Shown: piece after piece, positions 9,366 through 18,958 of the stretch
Numbering within the stretch: the first letter of the stretch is position 1
Layout: the number at the start of each line of letters is the position of its first letter
Assembly: GCA_963695225.1 (NCBI GenBank)
Contig: OY968762.1
Location: 1-64,000 of the forward strand
Direction of reading: 5' to 3'
DNA: 64,000 nt
Origin: Vulcanimicrobiota bacterium
Lineage (GTDB): Bacteria; Vulcanimicrobiota; Vulcanimicrobiia; Vulcanimicrobiales; Vulcanimicrobiaceae
The notes under the pieces: model-generated
What the model saw: the letters and a program-made list of their open reading frames with translations, nothing else
What the model was told of the DNA's origin: nothing
Databases searched by the model: none
Made by a program: the position numbers and the translations under genes

Positions 9366-9611
9366 TTAGATAGCGCGCAGGGTCGCGGCCGCCAAGACCT
9401 TATAGCGTGCCGCCGTCTCAGCGAAGATGACCTCCGCGGCGCGTTCGAGCACCGCCGGCTCGACGAGGTCGCCGATCGTCTCACGCAGCGCGATCGGGAC
9501 GGCGGCCTGCATCGCGCGAAAGACATCATCGGGGAGTTGCCCGATGACGCTAATTACGTGCTTGACGTCCTCGGCGGTCGCCAGCGCCTTGGGATCGAGA
9601 GTTTGGTCCAT
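9366..9611 (-). CDS. Hypothetical protein, 81 aa
   Basis: ATG start with GAGGA upstream; plausible helical protein. Confidence 0.55.
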   Translation of the reverse strand: MDQTLDPKALATAEDVKHVISVIGQLPDDVFRAMQAAVPIALRETIGDLVEPAVLERAAEVIFAETAARYKVLAAATLRAI

Positions 9612-9790
9612 TGAGTTATCCTCGCCCAGAGATTTGACCTAGAAATCACTAGGATGTTTCATTGTTGCTTCCGTCGTCCCATTCGCTAAGGTTGCACCTC
9701 GCTGGTTCTTGGTCTCTCGCGGAGACAGCAGGTGGTCTTGACCGACTTGTAAGCGTGTTCGTGAACGTAATTCTCTCTGCTGTCTCTTCT

Positions 9791-10936
9791 TAGACAGATA
9801 TCTCGGTCTGTCTACTGTCTTATCCGACATTGTCGGTTGGCTCTTGCCGACAAGAAGAATCGGTAACGGTCCGACTTGGTCTGTCAGTTGGATGCATAAA
9901 AGAGCCCGACACTGCTTGGTGTGTCAGGCTCTGTGCTGGTCGGTATGGTGACGGGCCGGCCTAGCTGGGCGGTGCTCCAAACCGCGCTCGGCAGAAGGCG
10001 ATCATTCCCTTTGAGGAGACGCCGTGACGCCTTAGTCCGGCGAGGTCGAGGGGGCTGCCGCCCGCTGCATGGTCCTCAAAGAGCCGAGCGACCTCCGCCT
10101 GATCGCCCGGTGCGAGCTTGGCGAACGCACGGGCGAATTGTCCGGCGCCGTCATCCTCGTCTGCTCGCGTCCAGATCCAATCTTCGCGAAAAGCTGTGCG
10201 GATCAACGCGATGGGCTTCCGCGCCGGTTTTCGACTCTGCGTGCCACAGAAGCGCGGGTCGGTAACGATGCGTTGGAGTTCACTCTCGGCAGCCCCGAGG
10301 TCACCGCCAACGTGTTCCAGGCACCTCCGGTAGAACTCATCGCAGATTTTTGCCGCCTGGCCAACAGTCGTTCCAGGTTCGCTTCGCCGCGCAAGCTCAA
10401 GGACACGGTCCGTCGCCCACCTTCGGACTTCGAATGCCTGGTCTGGTCGAGACAACTGACCGACTGTGTCGGTCAGTTTCGAAGATGCCGACTGCGCGAA
10501 GCGTCCGGCATCGTCGGTCGGTTGGACGCGTTGACTCACGCCGGACGGTCCGGTGTTCTCGATCGGTTTTGACGAGGCGGCATGCGACTGTAGCGGAGCA
10601 TCGGAAACATGCTGCTCAGAAGTCGATTGCCTTGCGAACGTCTCGACGACGAGGGTAGCGGTAATAGGGGTCTGTTGGATTGAAGCGACGACGACGGCGC
10701 CTATCAGGGCGCTCTCGAGCTCAGCGGCTCCGGTGACCTGCAATTCGCTCGCGATCGCCCGTAGGACCTCAGGCGCGACGGTGACATCGTTGAGCCTCAC
10801 GATTCCGTTGAGGATCATCAGCCTTGCCTCGAAGTCACTTTCCGGCGGTATGTCGTCCACGCTCGGAACCGTCCGACAAGGCCGGGCGGTTTGCGACGTC
10901 TCCGCCTCCGGAAGTGACCGACTACGTCGGACAGTT
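9791..10936. repeat. Dispersed 25-bp palindrome family AACnGWCCGAC-N3-GTCGGWCnGTT (iteron/operator-like)
   Basis: Copies at 9865, 10454 (perfect arms), 10499, 10544, 10867, 10912; weaker copy at 9818; separate IR TAGACAGA/TCTGTCTA at 9791-9814. Confidence 0.75.
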
Positions 10937-11535
10937 CCCGGCTCTCGGACGGCCTCTTCGAGCGCAAATGCTGTTTGCAGTTCATTCTTCTGCACAGCGC
11001 GCATGCCGGCGGCGCCCGTCGGGACGCGCTTGGGCCGCTGGATCATTGAGAGCGGCACGCATTCCTCGTCGCGCAGGTCCTGGCACCGGAGGATGATGTA
11101 GCGGTTACGGCGGCCTCGAGTGTGCGCAACCTGGATCAAGGCATGAGCTCGTCCGCAGTGCCAGCATGGATGCGGCCGAGCGCACTCCTTCGCGAGTCCC
11201 TGTATGGTCTCGTACGTCCAACCGTAGTCGGCGACGAAATCGCCGGCGCAGAGGTTGTGCGGCCGGAAGGGCGTCTGCCCTTCACGTTCGGATTGGCTCA
11301 CACGACGGCCGTCGGTAGCCAAACCTTGGCGCGAAATGATGACGCTGTAGAAGTAGGCGGCCGCCGGCGAGAGCTCAGAGCCGATCCTTCCCCTGCCGTC
11401 TGGGCCGATGCGCGAGAGTTCAGTGTAGACGGGCACGAATGGTTGATGGCGACGATCTAGGAAGCATCGCGGCGGGTCGACGGAAGCGAGGTGCCGCGTT
11501 CCGAGCGTCGTAGTCCGATCGACGGCGGCGTTCAT
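9961..11535 (-). CDS. Candidate replication initiator: N-terminal winged-helix-like region with CWHC, low-complexity linker, helical C-terminus
   Basis: AYFYSVII...YGWTYETIQ...GRRNRYII resembles Rep/replisome-organizer HTHs; embedded palindromic repeats; start at 11535 inferred from an ATGA overlap with a small upstream ORF. Confidence 0.5.
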   Translation of the reverse strand: MNAAVDRTTTLGTRHLASVDPPRCFLDRRHQPFVPVYTELSRIGPDGRGRIGSELSPAAAYFYSVIISRQGLATDGRRVSQSEREGQTPFRPHNLCAGDFVADYGWTYETIQGLAKECARPHPCWHCGRAHALIQVAHTRGRRNRYIILRCQDLRDEECVPLSMIQRPKRVPTGAAGMRAVQKNELQTAFALEEAVREPGTVRRSRSLPEAETSQTARPCRTVPSVDDIPPESDFEARLMILNGIVRLNDVTVAPEVLRAIASELQVTGAAELESALIGAVVVASIQQTPITATLVVETFARQSTSEQHVSDAPLQSHAASSKPIENTGPSGVSQRVQPTDDAGRFAQSASSKLTDTVGQLSRPDQAFEVRRWATDRVLELARRSEPGTTVGQAAKICDEFYRRCLEHVGGDLGAAESELQRIVTDPRFCGTQSRKPARKPIALIRTAFREDWIWTRADEDDGAGQFARAFAKLAPGDQAEVARLFEDHAAGGSPLDLAGLRRHGVSSKGMIAFCRARFGAPPS

Positions 11536-11750
11536 AGCTCGCGCTTCAGCTCCTCCGCTTGGGTGTCGGCGAGCCGCCGCAGCGTGTTGGTCGCACGATC
11601 CCGCGCGATCATCATGCCTTCGGGCGCGACCGCTTGCGCCGATATCCGTGTACGCCACTTCCGAGTCACCGCGTGGAACGCTCGTCACAAGCTCCACGCG
11701 ATGCTCGTCACCCTTAAGCGTTCCATCTTACTTCGAATCGTGCAGGCGAT

Positions 11751-12218
11751 TTACACGCCGTCTCCGTTTACCGGTGGAAGCTTGACCAGCTTGTAGCCCA
11801 CCCCGCGAATCGTCTCGATAAGACCAGCGTTTCTCCCTAACTTCAGCCGAAGCCGCCGTATGTGAACGTCGAGTGTGCGGTCGCTTTCGAGATTCTCGCA
11901 ATTAGGCCAGACGAGCTCGAGCAGGCGTCGGCGCGCCAGCACCTTGCCGGTGTTCCGTGCGAGAACGTTGAGCAGCGCGAACTCCCTTGGCTTCAGGGGA
12001 AGACGGTGCCCCTCAACGTGCGCCTCATAGGCCTCCACGCTCACCGTCAAAGGTCCCGTAACGATGGTGGCAGCGACATCCAAGTTCGCCGGCGTTCGCG
12101 GGTCCCTCGCCACGCGCGCTTTGGCGATAACGCCTTCTGCGAAAGCCTCCAGCTCCGCTTGTGTCAAGACGATCAGTTCGGCCGCAGCCGCTCCAAAGTG
12201 ACCGAGAGACTTTGACAT
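11751..12218 (-). CDS. Stand-alone OmpR/PhoB-type winged-helix regulator lacking a receiver domain
   Basis: KPREFALLNVLARNTGKVL...DRTLDVHIRRLRLKLG...IETIRGVGYKL; GGAGG before ATG 12218. Confidence 0.85.
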   Translation of the reverse strand: MSKSLGHFGAAAAELIVLTQAELEAFAEGVIAKARVARDPRTPANLDVAATIVTGPLTVSVEAYEAHVEGHRLPLKPREFALLNVLARNTGKVLARRRLLELVWPNCENLESDRTLDVHIRRLRLKLGRNAGLIETIRGVGYKLVKLPPVNGDGV

Positions 12219-12434
12219 ATACTGTGCCTCCGCGTGAGCGTCGCGACAGCGATCGAAGACCGTTGCGGCCGCGCCGCCGATGCGTTTCATCAGCGCGACG
12301 CCGGCAGGTGGGGATGTCGCCTCGTCAGGCTTTGCGTCAATCATCCGCTATGCAAAAAAACACGTTGGTATCGCGCGGCTAACGCCGCAGTTAAATCGCC
12401 GCGCTACACTTCACTTCAGAAAGGAGCACCAGCG

Positions 12435-12608
12435 ATGGAAACGGATCATTCCGAGCTTGCGCGTTGGCATGAAGCGCTGGCCGAACTCGTCGCCCTGGAT
12501 CTCGTGGAAGAGGTCGTCCTTCCGGGCGAGACCGAGCCACGATATCGTGTCTCGTTTTCCCTGGCGGACCGTCCAGCAGAAAATTCGCGTCGCAATCCAG
12601 AGAGTTGA
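12435..12608 (+). CDS. Small hypothetical protein (57 aa)
   Basis: Strong AAGGAG RBS; LAELVALDLVEE...RYRV resembles a winged-helix wing. Confidence 0.45.
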   Translation: METDHSELARWHEALAELVALDLVEEVVLPGETEPRYRVSFSLADRPAENSRRNPES

Positions 12609-13049
12609 CCAGGATGCGTACAGACGTCCAGGGCGATGCACGCAGCGGCTTTGGGCCCCGACAGGTTTGTCGCCGTTCGCACTGTGGCGAGCAGCGGATG
12701 TGATCGCAACGGAGATCGCAAAGTGGCGGCGGGTGCTGCATGAAAGTTGCTCGCTCTTCGTTATCATCTGAGTGCGGAACTAGGACGGGTAGGCTGCCTA
12801 ACTGCTTCATCGGTGGTTGAGAACGAACAGACGTAAGGTATGCCGTGAAACACGCCGACCGAGCTCAGCTCAGTGCCTTAGGTGAGATTGCGGGATGCAG
12901 AGGGTAACGAAGTCTCGCACGGGTGCGGCGGCGTCTTGCGGTTTGTCGAGCATCTCATCGGAATTTTCGAAAAAGCCGACCGCAGTGCGCACTGGCAATG
13001 AATGGCGCACTAAGGTTGCGGGTCTACAGCCCGTGCTGGTTGCGAAAGG

Positions 13050-13204
13050 TCAGAACGGCCTTGGGCGGATCTTGCCGCGCGGCGACCGCGCAGTAAGCGA
13101 CCTCGACCGGTCGAAGTCCCGCAATATCTCGAACTTCCTGGCTGGGCACGCGCTGGATGGGAACAGCGCCCGGAACTCCGGCGGGATGGGACCTTGAGAG
13201 TCAT
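13050..13204 (-). pseudogene. Frameshifted fragment resembling the actinobacterial AICE 'plasmid replication, integration and excision activator' (Pra-like)
   Basis: GGAGG-ATG at 13204; after a 1-nt shift reads QGPIPPEFRALFP...FEILRDFDRS; family recalled from memory, not searched. Confidence 0.45.
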
Positions 13205-13414
13205 TGCGCCTCCATTGGATGACAAACGCGCTTAGGCGGCGGCAAGCACTATTAATGCGTTACTAGCAGTATTTGTGCTACTGCCCGCAGTATGAGGCCT
13301 GTAAGTGCCGCAGTCAAGGCTTGCCAGCAATAAAACTGCGGATGTCGCACCCTAGTAGTAGCGGTGCGAGAGCCCGTAAGCTGGAATGGCGTCTATGAGC
13401 TGCAGGAGGTTGGG

Positions 13415-13762
13415 ATGGGACACGACGCCAGGCCGTTCGCCCTGGTCGTGCGCTTCACGGTGCGCCCAGGAGCCGAGGCGGAATTTGACGCCCTCGTGGC
13501 CGAGACGGTCGCGGGAATCCGCCACCACGAGCCCGGCACTCTTATCTATGCCTGCCACACCGTGCACAGCCAACCGCGCCAGCGGATCTTCTACGAGCTG
13601 TATCAGGACCGGGGCGCTTTTGAGGCGCACGAGCAGAGTGCGCATACTCGCCGGTTTCTCGCCAAACGCGACGCGCTGCTAGAGGCTACCGAGGTGGACT
13701 TCCTGGCCTTCACCGACGGCAAGACCCCGATTACGGCGCAGGTGGCCGGCCGAGATGGCTGA
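13415..13762 (+). CDS. Antibiotic biosynthesis monooxygenase (ABM/quinol monooxygenase) family
   Basis: AGGAGG RBS; VVRFTVRPG..EPGTLIY..FYELYQDRGAFEAH. Confidence 0.85.
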   Translation: MGHDARPFALVVRFTVRPGAEAEFDALVAETVAGIRHHEPGTLIYACHTVHSQPRQRIFYELYQDRGAFEAHEQSAHTRRFLAKRDALLEATEVDFLAFTDGKTPITAQVAGRDG

Positions 13763-14969
13763 TGCCCAGCTGGTCGGCGAGCGGATCGCCTACCACCGCA
13801 AACGGCTGGGACTATCCCAGGTCGAGTTCGCCGGGCTGGTCGGCCGGTCTGACAGTTGGGTATCCCAGGTCGAGCGCGGCGTCCGTCCTGTCGACCGGAT
13901 GTCGGTTCTGCAGCGAGTCGCCGATGTGCTTAGCGTGACGGTCGCCGAGCTGCGAGGTAACGGAGAGGCAAGCGATGTTAACGCGCGGCCGGAGGCCCTC
14001 GACACGATCAGACTTGCATTGACCGGGCATCCCGCGATCGCGCAACTGCTAGGAACGGCCACTGTCACCGCGCCCGCGCAACAGATGGAGACCTTGCGCC
14101 GCCAGCGCGCCGGCATCTGGGAACTAGTCCACGCTAGCCGCTACGGCGACGTGGCGCCCATCCTGGCCGCGCTTATTCCCAGCCTGGAGACCGCCGTCCG
14201 CACAGCGAGCAGCGAGCAGGCCGAGGCACGTGAGCTGCTTGGCGACACCTATCAAGCCGTCGCTGCCTTGATGGTAAAGATCGGCGAAACGGACGCGGCC
14301 TGGATTGCGGCCGACAGGGCCGGGTTCTGCGCCGAAGCGGCCGGGTCACCGCTCGCTGTCGCGGCTAGCATGTTCCGCATGGCGCACGTGTTCTTGGCCT
14401 TGGGCCAGATTGACCAGGCCCACCACGTGGCCACCAGCACCGCCGTAGCCCTGCAGCCGAAGGTCGCCGCAGACGCACGACCGGAGATACTTTCGCTTTA
14501 CGGGGCATCTCATCTAATTCTGGCCGTTGCCGCCGCGCGAGACAACAACCGCAGCGAAGCCCACGACCATCTGGACATTGCCCGGAAAATCGCCGAGCAA
14601 CTCGGCGAGGACCGCGACGACTACGGCACTGAGTTCGGTCCTGCCAACGTCGCCGTCCACGAAATCAGCGTCGCCGTCGAACTCGGCGACGCCGGGAGGG
14701 CCATCGAGCTAGCTCAGCAGGTCAGCCCTACGAACCTTTCACCCGAACGGCAGGCCCGGTATCAACTGGACTTGGCGCAGGCCTATGCCATGCGGCGGCA
14801 GATCGGCGAGGCCCTCCGCGCGCTTCAAGAAGCCGAGCGCATCGCACCAGAGGAAGCCCGCGTCCACTACGTCGGCCGCGCCGTCGCCCGCGATCTGCTT
14901 CAGCTATCCGGCGTGCGGTCACGGCCCGAGCTCCGCGACCTCGCGGAACGATTCGGCGTACTGCCCTAA
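13755..14969 (+). CDS. XRE-family HTH regulator with TPR-like C-terminal domain (actinobacterial type)
   Basis: GERIAYHRKRLGLSQVEFAGLVGRSDSWVSQVERG; EFGPANV, ERQARY motifs. Confidence 0.9.
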   Translation: MADAQLVGERIAYHRKRLGLSQVEFAGLVGRSDSWVSQVERGVRPVDRMSVLQRVADVLSVTVAELRGNGEASDVNARPEALDTIRLALTGHPAIAQLLGTATVTAPAQQMETLRRQRAGIWELVHASRYGDVAPILAALIPSLETAVRTASSEQAEARELLGDTYQAVAALMVKIGETDAAWIAADRAGFCAEAAGSPLAVAASMFRMAHVFLALGQIDQAHHVATSTAVALQPKVAADARPEILSLYGASHLILAVAAARDNNRSEAHDHLDIARKIAEQLGEDRDDYGTEFGPANVAVHEISVAVELGDAGRAIELAQQVSPTNLSPERQARYQLDLAQAYAMRRQIGEALRALQEAERIAPEEARVHYVGRAVARDLLQLSGVRSRPELRDLAERFGVLP

Positions 14970-15039
14970 CTTCGCCCCCAACGGCGTCGATTACGTCTCG
15001 GCGTATGTCGATCGTCGCTCTCATCGCAGGAGTCTTCTG

Positions 15040-15312
15040 GATCGCGGCGCTCGCCACGCTCAGCGTCTCAGCGAAACTCTCCCTTCCGGATTCGGTTCGG
15101 GGGCCTTTCGAAAAAGCGAGTTGGCCGCGCTCGACGTCGAGGACCTCCGCTTTACGTCGGCCGGGCTCTACGTCTGGGTCGCGGTTGCCAAGAACGATCC
15201 GGGGAAGAAGGTGCGCGAGCCCTACGTGCCGCGGCTATCCAAGACGGAGTTGTGCGCGGTCGCGGCGCTGGAGGCGTGGCTCGATGTTGTCGGCGCTCGT
15301 AGACAACGTTAG
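15040..15312 (+). pseudogene. Internal fragment of a tyrosine recombinase
   Basis: GFGSGAFRKSELAALDVEDL...AKNDP...CAVAALEAWL (box I Arg and Lys); no start codon and no HxxR/Tyr motifs. Confidence 0.75.
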
Positions 15313-15428
15313 CCCGAAACAACTGTCTTGCTTCTCGGCGGGGTCCTCGGCGGCATAATCAGGATATGTTATTCGGATTGAGGCGGCGTTCTGGGCGGCA
15401 GCGCAAGTTCAACGGCGCGGACTCGAAT

Positions 15429-16265
15429 TTAGGACGGAACAGTCATTCTGCTCTCGGCTATTGTCCGTAAGTGAATCATTGCCCGCTGTAGCGAATCCAA
15501 TGTCGGACGTGAATGAAAAGCGTCGTCGAGTAGCGGCAAGAAAGGACCGCCATCAATAGATAGCGCGCGGATATCGTCCAGCGATCGCTGCAGCCTCTGA
15601 TGAAAATTGTGAGACGACTCCTTGCTGTACGCTACAGCGATCCGGATGTCTTCGAGCATCTGCAAGTTACGCGTCCGCTCAACCTCACCTAATTCGGGCC
15701 GCCTTTCGATCGCTGAGCCCTCGGCTCGGAGCTCACGCAGAAACCCCTCTATCTCTAAGCAGAGAGCGAGGGCGCGGTCGCGTGCGTCTAATATGTCGGT
15801 ATGGCGAAGTCGCGAGTTTTCTGCTTGACTTTCTTCTAGACGCTGGCGCAACTCTGCATAACGGCGCTCCTCCTGAGTTGCTCTCTCCCTGCCCACGCGC
15901 TCCTGAGCGCGTGCACCTCTCTCCCCAACAACGATAGCCCACAAACCGCAAAGCACGATAACGACACCGCTGCAAACCTGAAGCACTTGCCCGGATGTTA
16001 CGAAGCCTACGGAACCAAGCATCGCGATAATCACGATAGGCGTGTTTTCCGATCGTTGGACTTTGCGCGTCGCGACGAGTAAAACCAGCGCCGCCAGTAC
16101 TGCTCCGCCAGTCCACCAAAGCCAGGTTGTCGAGACAGAGGCGTTGTTTTGCGGACCACCCACCTCAGAGGAGGTGCGTGGTATCGGCCGCTCGTCGGTA
16201 GCTCGCGCGGCCGGGGTACACTTGGGCGCAGGCGACTGCATATCACTAACGTACCGCTCGCCCAC
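15429..16265 (-). CDS. Hypothetical membrane protein with coiled coil; start uncertain
   Basis: Three hydrophobic segments followed by a charged helical region. Confidence 0.45.
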   Translation of the reverse strand: MGERYVSDMQSPAPKCTPAARATDERPIPRTSSEVGGPQNNASVSTTWLWWTGGAVLAALVLLVATRKVQRSENTPIVIIAMLGSVGFVTSGQVLQVCSGVVIVLCGLWAIVVGERGARAQERVGRERATQEERRYAELRQRLEESQAENSRLRHTDILDARDRALALCLEIEGFLRELRAEGSAIERRPELGEVERTRNLQMLEDIRIAVAYSKESSHNFHQRLQRSLDDIRALSIDGGPFLPLLDDAFHSRPTLDSLQRAMIHLRTIAESRMTVPS

Positions 16266-16546
16266 TGGCTATGCCTATTAGATGTAACCTCGGAGTACGT
16301 CGGACCGACCGACAAAAAAAGGCTACGGTTGCCCGTAAAACTCCGGCGATCGCCTGCACATGGCGCCCAAAGACGCAATGCGGCTCTCGCGCTCGACGCT
16401 GCGCCGGCGGTTCGCCGCGATCGTGAGCTGCCATTCAATTACCGGGCTGGGGGCGGCCACGGAGTCGAAGCGCCGGCGGGATCCGCGATCTACACGTTCG
16501 CTCACTCAGCGGGTTGCGATTGCTTTTGCGCCGTATTGAAGGCTTA

Positions 16547-17189
16547 TGTTCCTCGGACGCTATTCTTGACCGCGTCTACCGCGCTACGCGCTTTCGTCAC
16601 CAATCCGCCGCAGCCAGACGACTCTGCTCGCTGGGCGCTGTACACGCTCGATGCGACTATTGTTGCTGTTGTCGTTGGCATTGCCGGTGCGTTCGCTGGT
16701 ATCTGGCTTCTACGGCTTAACCTTCTGAAGCCGCGTATCACAGTCACTCTTTGGGAGCGCTTCCGTGCGCTGAACTTCACGGCGGTGTCGTATCAGTACG
16801 GCCTGCCTCGAGCACCCGTCATGTTCGTTCCCGAGTTGCAAGTCAACAACGACGGAGAGGCAGCGGCGAAATCCGGATACTACGTCACGCTGTGGTTGCC
16901 AAAGGCATATACGTTCGAGCCAGCTTCGTTAACCACGAACGGTTGGTCGCTCTTCACGATGAAAGAGTCGTTCAATTCGGAGCCTTCCGAGCACTATTGG
17001 CGGATCGATCGATTCGTGGCCGAGCCGCTCTTCGTCGGGCATCCTGTACGTGTGTCATCATTTTCAATCATATCCGAAGAGGGCGAAGGTGACTTGCACA
17101 TGCGATGGCGCGTTTCATACGAAGGGGGTCAGGCGCCGCCGACCGGCATCGAACCCGGTCGCATTGACTTCGGAGTTCGGTTGCCCTGA
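16547..17189 (+). CDS. Hypothetical membrane-anchored beta-rich protein; start not resolved (approximate)
   Basis: One TM helix (IVAVVVGIAGAFAGIWLL) followed by an Ig-like pattern (LQVNNDGEAAA...VTLWLP). Confidence 0.45.
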
Positions 17190-18182
17190 GAATCACGCGC
17201 TCGTCGGTCGTCGCGCGGTGACGCCCTTTTTCGACTTTTAGCGATGGCGAGCACTTACTCGGCACAGAGTAGGTCGAAGACCTTGCGCACCGTTGTTGCG
17301 TCTTGCGCAAGGCCCAGGAGCGTCAGACCCGTTAACGGTCATTTTCAGGTGGACTAACCTTTGCAATGCCACGGCTCGCGGGGTCACGGAACGGGTCGGT
17401 ACCGGGCTGGGCCTCAGGTATGACTAGAGCCCTGAGCAATCGCTCCGGGCTCCGTCAGTCAGATTAGAGGTCACCCTGCGGCGCTTGCGCGCCCTCGAAC
17501 TATTTCTGCCCCGGTTCGAGCCTACGACACCACCCACGAGAGGTGGTTAACAATCGGGCAGGGACGGTCGCGTTCAAAAAGTGGGTCAACGGATCGCCCT
17601 CCTTTTCGGTACGCAATCATTTACGCTTCCAGGCCCCTGTAAGTTAGCGCGATTGAGCCTTCATGCCCCAGCTTCACCAGCCCCTGTTCTAGAGCATAAG
17701 GATCTGTGGGATGGAACCTGCCAGCCGGGAGGCACCTTCACTCGGCGGCCAGGAACGACCAATCCCGCGGACGGAGCGCCCTATGGAACCCGATGCTCTC
17801 CGTCTCGAACGAAATGGGGTCAGGTTACGCCGAGCCCACGAATTCTGCGAGGATCAGAAGGTGCTCGCGCCAGCCGAAAGGGCCGTGACGGCGCTGATCT
17901 CGTCGTCGCCGTGAAGGCGTGCCGTTGCTGCTTTGAGGATGCCAGACGTTTGGCACACCGGTGCTGGATGATGGGCCCGCTTGGCCGGCGAGAGATTGCT
18001 GCTCTGAACAGCTCATCGCGGCGCAAACCTGCGGAAGAGCCGGCCGCACCTTACCGTCCCGGATACGGGCTCTTGAAAAGACTCGCGGCGCAGGTGTCAC
18101 GATTGACCACTTCGCGATGACCTCTCTGTGAGGGCCAAGTTCCAGGTCGGACCCGGATTCACGCAAAGCTCAGAGAAAGACC

Positions 18183-18614
18183 GTGATGCACACGACGATT
18201 CAAATCGAAATCAATGGCCATCCCCACGAGATCCACCACACCGCCCGTACCGGAGCCGAAATCAAGGCCCTCGTCGACGAGGAGCACGGGGAACTGTTCC
18301 GCCTCGACGGCCATGAGCGTCATCCCGTCGGCGATGACGAGATCGTGCATTTGCGCGAGCGCGAGCGCTTCGAAATCGTCCACCGTCACCACCACGTCTC
18401 GATCCGCATCGAGGTCGACGGCGACCCGTACATCTCGCACCACGAGGTCCGCACGGGCGCCGAAATCAAGACGCTCGCGCACCGCCCGCCCGGCAACCTG
18501 CTGTACCGCCTCCGGCCGGACGGCCGGCGCATCAAGATCGGCGACGACGAGCCGGAGCACCTCGAGGAGGGCGAGCGCTTCATAACGGTCCCGCCAGTGG
18601 GCCACGCGAGTTGA
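18183..18614 (+). CDS. Multi-ubiquitin-domain protein (two beta-grasp repeats; BubA/BilA-like)
   Basis: Two repeats I.I.G.....RTGAEIK.L....L[FY]RL....[VI]GDDE..HL...ERF. Confidence 0.85.
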   Translation: MMHTTIQIEINGHPHEIHHTARTGAEIKALVDEEHGELFRLDGHERHPVGDDEIVHLRERERFEIVHRHHHVSIRIEVDGDPYISHHEVRTGAEIKTLAHRPPGNLLYRLRPDGRRIKIGDDEPEHLEEGERFITVPPVGHAS

Positions 18615-18958
18615 GCCCCGCCGAGGAGCGAACGCTCGAGACCGCGTTTGGCCCCGGCGTCCGCGAAGTGGTCGACGACTGTCGTCGCCTCATTATCCTG
18701 CCGATCGTGACGCTCCCCGCCGGTTCGAAGCCGGCGGCGGCGTTCGCGATCTACCACGCGTCGGCGCACGGCGGCTATTCGACCCGGCTCTTTTTCGAAA
18801 CGCCTATCTGCGGCGCGAACGGCGTCACGCTGCCGACGGTGACTGAAGTGCTCTGCGGACGCACGATGTTCGCCGCGAGCTACAACGGCGTTCCGGCCGA
18901 CCTGCCGCCGCACCAGGGAATCCTGGCGCACCTGCGCCTCTACGAGGCCGCACCATGA
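18611..18958 (+). CDS. Divergent prokaryotic E2-like protein
   Basis: TTGA overlap with the Ubl gene; VTLPAG, YSTRLFF, GRTMFAASY, ILAHLR; sits between Ubl and JAB genes. Confidence 0.6.
   Translation: MSPAEERTLETAFGPGVREVVDDCRRLIILPIVTLPAGSKPAAAFAIYHASAHGGYSTRLFFETPICGANGVTLPTVTEVLCGRTMFAASYNGVPADLPPHQGILAHLRLYEAAP

Noticed and set aside
9791..10936. CRISPR array
   Set aside because: Repeats are degenerate palindromes, mostly in coding sequence, with 20-bp gaps and no cas genes; no CRISPR seen anywhere in the window
7880..12218. Two-component response regulators
   Set aside because: No receiver domain and no histidine kinase nearby
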